From Candidatus Nanohaloarchaea archaeon (lineage in GTDB: Archaea; EX4484-52; GLR71): a stretch of 49,721 bases of DNA. This document shows, in pieces, positions 43,998 through 49,721 of this stretch. Where the stretch lies: positions 1-49,721 of the forward strand of contig JAUVES010000001.1 of NCBI GenBank assembly GCA_030594675.1, in the 5' to 3' direction. The translations under genes and the position numbers were made by a program. Numbering within the stretch: position 1 is the stretch's first letter; each line of letters opens with the position of its first letter. The notes beneath the pieces were generated by a model. It saw nothing but the letters and a program-made list of their open reading frames with translations, had not been told where the DNA came from and searched no databases.

Positions 43998-45931
43998 TAC
44001 TGGCCTCCCAGCATTTGTGAAATTGGAACTACGTTACCAGCCTCTGCCTGCTGAGCTACTTGCTCATTAGGAGCCATTTGAACTTTCGTAAACTCTTCAA
44101 TATTCTTAGCTCCACTGTTCCTAGCTATATGTTTAAAAATTCTCACAAGATCAAACTGTTGTTGGAGTTCAGGATGACTAGCAAGAACTTCAAACATCTT
44201 CATCCAAACACCTGAAAAGTTGCCGCCAGGAACTGATCCATCTCGAACCTTTACATCATAAGAAACAAGGAGATCATAAGGACTGACCTTCATCTGCTTC
44301 TTATCTCCAATTTGATACTCATGCATAAGAGTTTCTTGCCAACGACCAGTCGTCGAGACATAAAGCTCTTGACTCATAAACTGTTGAGTATGATAAGCAA
44401 ACATATAACCGATGTCTTGCATAGCCTGGACGCCTACGATTCTGGCAACTCGTTCAAGACGAGTATAGGCACCCTTTTGAGTTCCCTCGAACTCTTTCCC
44501 TGTCAGACGCTCAGGACCACCACTGCGAAGACTGCCCATCGTAGCAGAATCAGTTCCACCAATCTTATCCATCGCCTCCCTAATAATCGCAGCATCCGCA
44601 ACATGTCCACGAGTTACGTCAGTGACTCCAAGTTGCATAACAGAATCTTTGACACCACGTCCCCATGCAGGTCTTCGAGTTCTAACTATTCCTCCTGGTC
44701 TAGGAGTCTCCAGATCAGGCACATTGATAAGATAAGGATCCACAATAAGTGTGTCGTTGATAATCTTACGGACGTTCGCTACATGTGCATTAAACATCCA
44801 GTCAAGAGTATGTTGTAAGCCATAAAGAGTCTCCAATCTAGAAACTGGTGTCATAGCATAGCCATCAAAGTCAGGGGCAGCCACTGCTATTGGAAAAAGA
44901 TCATGACCAAGACCAATTGGCCTGGCCTCAATGATAACTTGATCTGATACAACTGAAAACATCCACTTTTCAGGATACTCATAGCTACCAAGCTTCCAAT
45001 CTTTAGGAATCAGCTTAACATACATATGCACGATATCATGAGGATGAGAAATATTACTCTCATAATCAGAAACAGCTGGCTGGCCCTTCTTCCATCTGGC
45101 AGACTGATCAGAAGGATAGATTGAAGTCTTCTTCCCTATCACATCTTTACAATACTTGACATTGAAAAGATACTCTGAAACCTGCTCCTCAGACAACAAA
45201 TCATGATAATTCATTCGATCTATCCAGCCAAAAAAGTCTCCCTTTTGACAATCTGAGATCGAGACATTAGGATCTGGCAAGCAGAGATAAGGATCAATAT
45301 TAGAAAGAGCATTTCCTTCAGCAATCAGTTCTCGCCTTGAGACTCGTTCAACTTTGTCTTCTCCAAACCACGGAGTAGTTATCTGACGTGAAAATACATT
45401 TCCATATTGCTTTCTCCAAGTTGGAGCTACAACTCCAAAACCATAAGAAAGAGAATCTCGAAACATTGTATGAAGATTTAAGATTGCTTTAAACTTATTC
45501 ACATGAAGATCAACAACTTTCTCCAACATGATAGCACCAATTGTGTCTTCAGGCGAAACTCCTTCATATCTGAAAACTGGCTCTTGGAAAAATGCTGCCA
45601 AAAGATAACTAAGAATTGTCTCAAGAATCGCATAAGAATAAGGATAAATTATTGAGACTGGTTTGCGATGATCTTCATCTTTGATATCTTCCTCAGCAGC
45701 ATCAGTATCAATATAAGTCGTCAGCGTCTCGTCAATCTTATTCCAAGAATCGAAGCGATGAGAAATAGTGTCAGCAGAATCTCTAGCATATCGCATAATT
45801 TTATCTCTCAACTCATCATGGAAAGCATAACCAGGACGAAGATCAAGACCATCAGGATAATCATAGTTATATTTGAGACTCCTCAACGAAGCATTGTTAC
45901 GTTTCTGTCTCGGGTCGATTATAGTAGGCAT
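43997..45931 (-). CDS. Portal protein
   Basis: 644 aa; RDSLSYGFG, IDPY..LPDP and LYGLQ motifs; upstream of the scaffold and capsid genes. Confidence 0.85.
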   Translation of the reverse strand: MPTIIDPRQKRNNASLRSLKYNYDYPDGLDLRPGYAFHDELRDKIMRYARDSADTISHRFDSWNKIDETLTTYIDTDAAEEDIKDEDHRKPVSIIYPYSYAILETILSYLLAAFFQEPVFRYEGVSPEDTIGAIMLEKVVDLHVNKFKAILNLHTMFRDSLSYGFGVVAPTWRKQYGNVFSRQITTPWFGEDKVERVSRRELIAEGNALSNIDPYLCLPDPNVSISDCQKGDFFGWIDRMNYHDLLSEEQVSEYLFNVKYCKDVIGKKTSIYPSDQSARWKKGQPAVSDYESNISHPHDIVHMYVKLIPKDWKLGSYEYPEKWMFSVVSDQVIIEARPIGLGHDLFPIAVAAPDFDGYAMTPVSRLETLYGLQHTLDWMFNAHVANVRKIINDTLIVDPYLINVPDLETPRPGGIVRTRRPAWGRGVKDSVMQLGVTDVTRGHVADAAIIREAMDKIGGTDSATMGSLRSGGPERLTGKEFEGTQKGAYTRLERVARIVGVQAMQDIGYMFAYHTQQFMSQELYVSTTGRWQETLMHEYQIGDKKQMKVSPYDLLVSYDVKVRDGSVPGGNFSGVWMKMFEVLASHPELQQQFDLVRIFKHIARNSGAKNIEEFTKVQMAPNEQVAQQAEAGNVVPISQMLGGQ

Positions 45932-45943
45932 TTAAAATCCCTT

Positions 45944-46291
45944 TTAAGGCATAATAGTTATAATAACTGGAGCACCTAAAGTTTCTATCACAATTGGATC
46001 TTTTGGATATGTCCATCTAAGATGATCAGATTCAGAACTCTCTCCACTAACATTATAAGCAGTTACCCAGAATTCATATCTAGTCTCAGACAGAAGACCA
46101 ATATCATCTAATTCAAATACCATAACATCACCTACATCTGTCTTAATAACATCATCAGGAGTCTGAAGTAGACAGTAGAAGACATTATAGCCGGTAGGAT
46201 CTCCATCGGAAGCGTTCCAACTAAGTTCCCAGGCATCACCAGAAGTCACTAATATTAAGAACATAAATAAACTAAGTAGCAAACTTTTCAT
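45944..46291 (-). CDS. Secreted fibronectin type III domain protein
   Basis: Signal peptide, then LSWNAS...GYNVFY...YEFWVTAYN.SGES. Confidence 0.8.
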   Translation of the reverse strand: MKSLLLSLFMFLILVTSGDAWELSWNASDGDPTGYNVFYCLLQTPDDVIKTDVGDVMVFELDDIGLLSETRYEFWVTAYNVSGESSESDHLRWTYPKDPIVIETLGAPVIITIMP

Positions 46292-46294
46292 AAT

Positions 46295-46507
46295 CTAAAT
46301 CTTTCCCTCATAATAAAATATTCCAGCAGTTCCAAGAACGCCTATAACACCACCAGTAAGAGTATCTCGAATATCAGAAACTACAAAGATTCCTACACAG
46401 ACAGCAATCAGAGGAATCAGAAGACCCAGAGCTCTCGTATAAGCCCTGATCAATGCTATTCTGTCCTCAAGTTCTTTTTCATTTTCAGCTTTAGTTTTTG
46501 TCTCCAT
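46295..46507 (-). CDS. Holin-like membrane protein (two TM segments)
   Basis: Two hydrophobic segments; 70 aa. Confidence 0.5.
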   Translation of the reverse strand: METKTKAENEKELEDRIALIRAYTRALGLLIPLIAVCVGIFVVSDIRDTLTGGVIGVLGTAGIFYYEGKI

Positions 46508-46859
46508 CTTCTTTTTTCTCCCCAAAGGTAGTCTGAATATCTGGAATCTTTAGTTCCTTAATACTAATCGCAGATAAGTCAAACTCAAATAAGCGGCAAG
46601 ACTGTTTTGACATAAACTTAATACAAGCAGCATTATCAACACTCTTCGTCTGACGTAAAGTAGAACCTGCCATTAAGAATAATACTTTCATAGTTTTAGA
46701 ATCTTCCTTTCTTCTATAAAAATAACCTGTTGGATTTTGACTTATCATTAAAAGTCTATTAAGACATTCTTGAATCCTTGTCAATTCCAATCTAACAACA
46801 TTAAGATCTTTCGTAACTCTACCTAACTGCTCATTACAATAACACACAACTTTATTCAC
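46491..46859 (-). CDS. Hypothetical protein
   Basis: 122-aa ORF between two membrane-protein genes. Confidence 0.5.
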   Translation of the reverse strand: MNKVVCYCNEQLGRVTKDLNVVRLELTRIQECLNRLLMISQNPTGYFYRRKEDSKTMKVLFLMAGSTLRQTKSVDNAACIKFMSKQSCRLFEFDLSAISIKELKIPDIQTTFGEKKEDGDKN

Positions 46860-47116
46860 TGGCCACCCTTAAAAACAGATATAAGAGCTTCTACAATTAA
46901 AAGTCCTACAGCTGCAACAACTGCCCAAGTAATCTTTTCTAACATGCCTAAGCGCAAATCATGAGTATCACATGGATTATCTGCTTGATCGTCTATAAGT
47001 TCTTTTAAATCTGTTTGCATATTACCCACTCGCTCGTTTAGAAGAATAAGTAACGTAGTAGGTTCGTCATCTTTTCTTCTTCTATATTGTTCATTTATAT
47101 CTCTTGGAACTTCCAT
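46856..47116 (-). CDS. Coiled-coil protein with one C-terminal TM segment (holin/XhlA-like)
   Basis: LEKITWAVVAAVGLLIV. Confidence 0.5.
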   Translation of the reverse strand: MEVPRDINEQYRRRKDDEPTTLLILLNERVGNMQTDLKELIDDQADNPCDTHDLRLGMLEKITWAVVAAVGLLIVEALISVFKGGQ

Positions 47117-47126
47117 TCTTATCTTC

Positions 47127-47149
47127 CTTTGTTCAAAAATCGAACGGAG
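47127..47149. repeat. 23-bp palindrome, copy 16 (CTTTGTTC AAAAATC GAACGGAG)
   Basis: Consensus match; intergenic. Confidence 0.9.
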
Positions 47150-47150
47150 T

Positions 47151-47483
47151 TTAAATATCCTTGACCTTCACCCACATATAGAAAATGAACTCATAAGGCG
47201 TAATGCCATCAGGTAAAAGTTCGTTGCAAGTTACAATGAATTCAAGTTTAAATTTACCCACACAGCAAGCTTTGACTCCAAAACTAATAACTCCAGCACC
47301 GTCATGAGACACACCTCCGTTTAAAGTAGCATCTGCCTCATCATCGCTATTATAAATAGTATAAACGATAGTGCTGATAGTATTGGTTCCAAGTTCATCT
47401 GTTACGTCAATATCAATTTGAACTTCTTCCTCATACTCCAACGCTGGTGTTATAGTTTTACTAGGCTTTACAATAAGCATCAA
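47151..47483 (-). CDS. Virion accessory protein
   Basis: AGGAG RBS; beta-rich. Confidence 0.55.
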   Translation of the reverse strand: MMLIVKPSKTITPALEYEEEVQIDIDVTDELGTNTISTIVYTIYNSDDEADATLNGGVSHDGAGVISFGVKACCVGKFKLEFIVTCNELLPDGITPYEFIFYMWVKVKDI

Positions 47484-47490
47484 AAGCTCC

Positions 47491-48051
47491 TTACGAAAGT
47501 TTCAAAGTGATACTCGTAGTCAGACTTTCACCATTACCAACAGTTCGAGCTTGGGAAAGATCCGCATAGGCAATCAGTTTATCGGCAGCATTGAGAACAG
47601 CCTCTAAAACTATTACATTAGCTGTATCCCAATCAGCAGCAGCTGCAGTGAATACACAGTTCTTTGACGTTACTTGCCAATCACCACTGTCAAGTGCAGC
47701 CGTCCAGTCTGCATTATCATGAGCAATAGCTACTTCAGCATAACCAGTTCCAGTTACAACTGTATAAGTTGTAGCAGTTTCAGCTATACTGCCTGCAGCG
47801 TCCTGAGCAAGATTAAGTTTGAAATTACTGGGAATATAGTTAGCTACAGCTTGAAACCAGCCCTTCAGAATTGCTTCTTCACCTTGGTTGATAAGAGCCG
47901 ATGCGTTTTCCCAGATAAGATTTCCACCTCTATCAAAATGTTTAGCTTTGACATATCCCAAAAGTTTTTTGTTTAGATTCTTCCTCAATATCCCCATATG
48001 CTTAGGAAAACCTAAAAGTTCTGGATATACTCTTTCACTATGTGGACTCAT
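47491..48051 (-). CDS. Tail/fibre-associated structural protein
   Basis: GTGYAEVAI...FTAAAADW...LIAYADL..ARTV..GESL motifs. Confidence 0.6.
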   Translation of the reverse strand: MSPHSERVYPELLGFPKHMGILRKNLNKKLLGYVKAKHFDRGGNLIWENASALINQGEEAILKGWFQAVANYIPSNFKLNLAQDAAGSIAETATTYTVVTGTGYAEVAIAHDNADWTAALDSGDWQVTSKNCVFTAAAADWDTANVIVLEAVLNAADKLIAYADLSQARTVGNGESLTTSITLKLS

Positions 48052-48056
48052 ATTTC

Positions 48057-48827
48057 TTACCCCTTTTCTAAATAATAAGTTTTAGTTCTTTCTATAAGTT
48101 CAAAACTATTCTCACGACCAATAAGTTCATATGATTGTCTTGTCGAAACTGTTGGATAACCGTCGATAGCTGTAAGACTCATAATCATAGAAATAAGCAA
48201 CTGTTCATAAAAAGTATCTGAAAGTTCTACTGACAGCTCCATTAAGATCAGCATTTCGTCTATATAGGCCTGAATGTCAGTCTCTGTAATTCCTATCGAA
48301 AGCAAGATAGTTAGAAGCTCAGAATATCCCTGATTATCAGTCTCAGAAACTGTAGAAGTTATACTAACCAACAAATCTGTATCATTAAGAGGAACACTAT
48401 CAAATACAGAGATAGTCAAAGTAGATGAAATACTTAAACTAGTCTCAATATAAGTCTGAACATCAGAGACACTTGGTGTTAATGCCAAAGATACTGATGT
48501 TTGAAGATCTTTATATGCTTGAATATCTGTTTCAGAAATACCCAGACTCAGATTTACTAAACGACTAAGTTCTTCAAATCCCAAAAAATCACTGATAGAA
48601 GTAGTTACAAGAATTACAACTAAAAGTTGTTTATCAGAATATACTTGAATATCAGTTTCTGAAACTGTCGAAACTATTGAAATAGAACGATTTTCAGCTA
48701 AATATATTTGAACATCAGTTATAGAAACAGTCGAAGTTATTGTGATACTTCTAAGTGTCTCATCATAGTTAGTGGCAAAAAACCATTCAACTTGAGCAAT
48801 ATTTTGTAATGATCTAATATCAGCCAT
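48057..48827 (-). CDS. Repeat-rich fibre-like protein
   Basis: About 9 Ser/Thr/Ile-rich units of 21-22 aa ending S.TD.Q.Y. Confidence 0.6.
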   Translation of the reverse strand: MADIRSLQNIAQVEWFFATNYDETLRSITITSTVSITDVQIYLAENRSISIVSTVSETDIQVYSDKQLLVVILVTTSISDFLGFEELSRLVNLSLGISETDIQAYKDLQTSVSLALTPSVSDVQTYIETSLSISSTLTISVFDSVPLNDTDLLVSITSTVSETDNQGYSELLTILLSIGITETDIQAYIDEMLILMELSVELSDTFYEQLLISMIMSLTAIDGYPTVSTRQSYELIGRENSFELIERTKTYYLEKG

Positions 48828-48830
48828 AGT

Positions 48831-49721
48831 TTAAGCAGCACTCTCTACGCCTATCTCCATTGCATTAACATCAGTTTCTTCCCAAGCAGCTGCATCAGCA
48901 GGATTATTTTCCCACAGATTCCAAAGACTCTTAGCAGTTGCAGGAACAACTTTGTCTCCACTAAGATAATCAGTACCTCCACTTCTAACAACAAGTTTCA
49001 GATTAGTCGGAGTCGGAACTCCATCAGTTTTTACTCGACTCTGAATTTGGACACACTTGATATCGCTGATAGCTCCTACCATATTTGCAGTAGCATAGGT
49101 ATCCACAGCATCATTAGAGTTAATGCTGACATAATCTGCATCACTAGCAGGCTTTTCATCTACGCACTGCCAATTAGCACCTACCGATGGCGTCCAACCG
49201 GTTGTATTTCCAACTCCTATTGGAACAAGAGCCTGGATATAAGTCTTGTCTATCCACGCAGCATCGTCCATTATTAGATTATCGAAGTATGCCTTCCCGT
49301 GATAGCCCGCTGTATAATAACCAAGCCTAACTTTATTAAATTGAGTATTAGCACCTTCTTTGGTATCGCCTGTAAAATCAATGTCCGTTACACTATCAAC
49401 CTTTACAACAAATCTTCCACCAGCATCAGCAACTTTGAATCTTACTTCGATCAAATATGTCGTGCTGTTAGCAATGGTTTTTGTACCACTGGCTACTACT
49501 GTTGTACCTCTATAGCTGTCTAAGTTATTTGTAGAATTGTTTCTGAAAAGAGATGATAAATAAGTAGCTCCGTTATAAAACAAAATAATAGGTTGATGCG
49601 TCGCCACGGCTATTGATCTCCATAAAAAAGCAAAATACATTTCGTCGTCGGCAGTGATGTCTTTAGAAACATACGCACTGGCAGCCGTCAAATCAAGGCA
49701 ATAGCTTCCATCCATATCAAG
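48831..49721 (-). CDS. Virion protein with a ConA/LamG-like beta-sandwich (3' part; start at 231)
   Basis: YLIEVRF...FVVKVD...YFDNL motif; reads across the circular junction. Confidence 0.65.
   Translation of the reverse strand, partial: LDMDGSYCLDLTAASAYVSKDITADDEMYFAFLWRSIAVATHQPIILFYNGATYLSSLFRNNSTNNLDSYRGTTVVASGTKTIANSTTYLIEVRFKVADAGGRFVVKVDSVTDIDFTGDTKEGANTQFNKVRLGYYTAGYHGKAYFDNLIMDDAAWIDKTYIQALVPIGVGNTTGWTPSVGANWQCVDEKPASDADYVSINSNDAVDTYATANMVGAISDIKCVQIQSRVKTDGVPTPTNLKLVVRSGGTDYLSGDKVVPATAKSLWNLWENNPADAAAWEETDVNAMEIGVESAA
49581..49721. repeat. Duplicate of positions 1-141
   Basis: Exact match. Confidence 0.95.

Noticed and set aside
575..46859. Genome-wide stop-codon reassignment (TGA or TAG)
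   Set aside because: Both codons end well-defined genes (ATGA overlaps; the capsid gene ends in TAG), and long genes are otherwise uninterrupted
847..47149. The 23-bp repeats as a CRISPR array or LexA boxes
   Set aside because: Copies are kilobases apart with no spacer periodicity; half-site orientation and spacing differ from the LexA boxes I know
24651..49523. Numerous + strand ORFs opposite the structural genes (and - strand ORFs opposite the early genes)
   Set aside because: Antisense shadows of long genes, with no RBS or recognisable motifs

Overview
Apparently complete, circularly assembled genome (49,580 bp plus a 141-bp end overlap) of a tailed dsDNA phage with podovirus-like gene content. 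The + arm (about 3.9-24.6 kb) carries early genes and replication/nucleotide genes: ATP-dependent ligase, HNH, PD-(D/E)XK nuclease, AAA ATPase, SSB, a ParB-HTH-DNA methyltransferase fusion, UDG-fused PolA, a DUF3987-like P-loop protein, dCMP deaminase and a DEDDh exonuclease. The - arm carries terminases, portal, scaffold, major capsid, tail adaptor/nozzle, an RCC1-repeat protein and ejection proteins. I recognised no integrase, primase, endolysin, tRNA or CRISPR array. Four signals stand out. (1) Sixteen copies of a 23-bp palindrome, CTNYGTTC-RRWWWWY-GAACRNAG, are spread fairly evenly round the genome, several inside genes, in a phage encoding a ParB(CTPase+HTH)-methyltransferase. (2) An in-frame TGA interrupts a 14-repeat RCC1 gene and is followed by a hairpin with the same CAGGUCUG apex as the E. 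coli fdhF SECIS, a candidate selenocysteine/readthrough site. (3) Three consecutive early genes are each enclosed by their own 26-31-bp inverted repeat with mostly G-U-compatible mismatches. (4) The nozzle-like gene appears split around an accessory-gene block. All product calls come from motif recognition by eye; no database searches were run.
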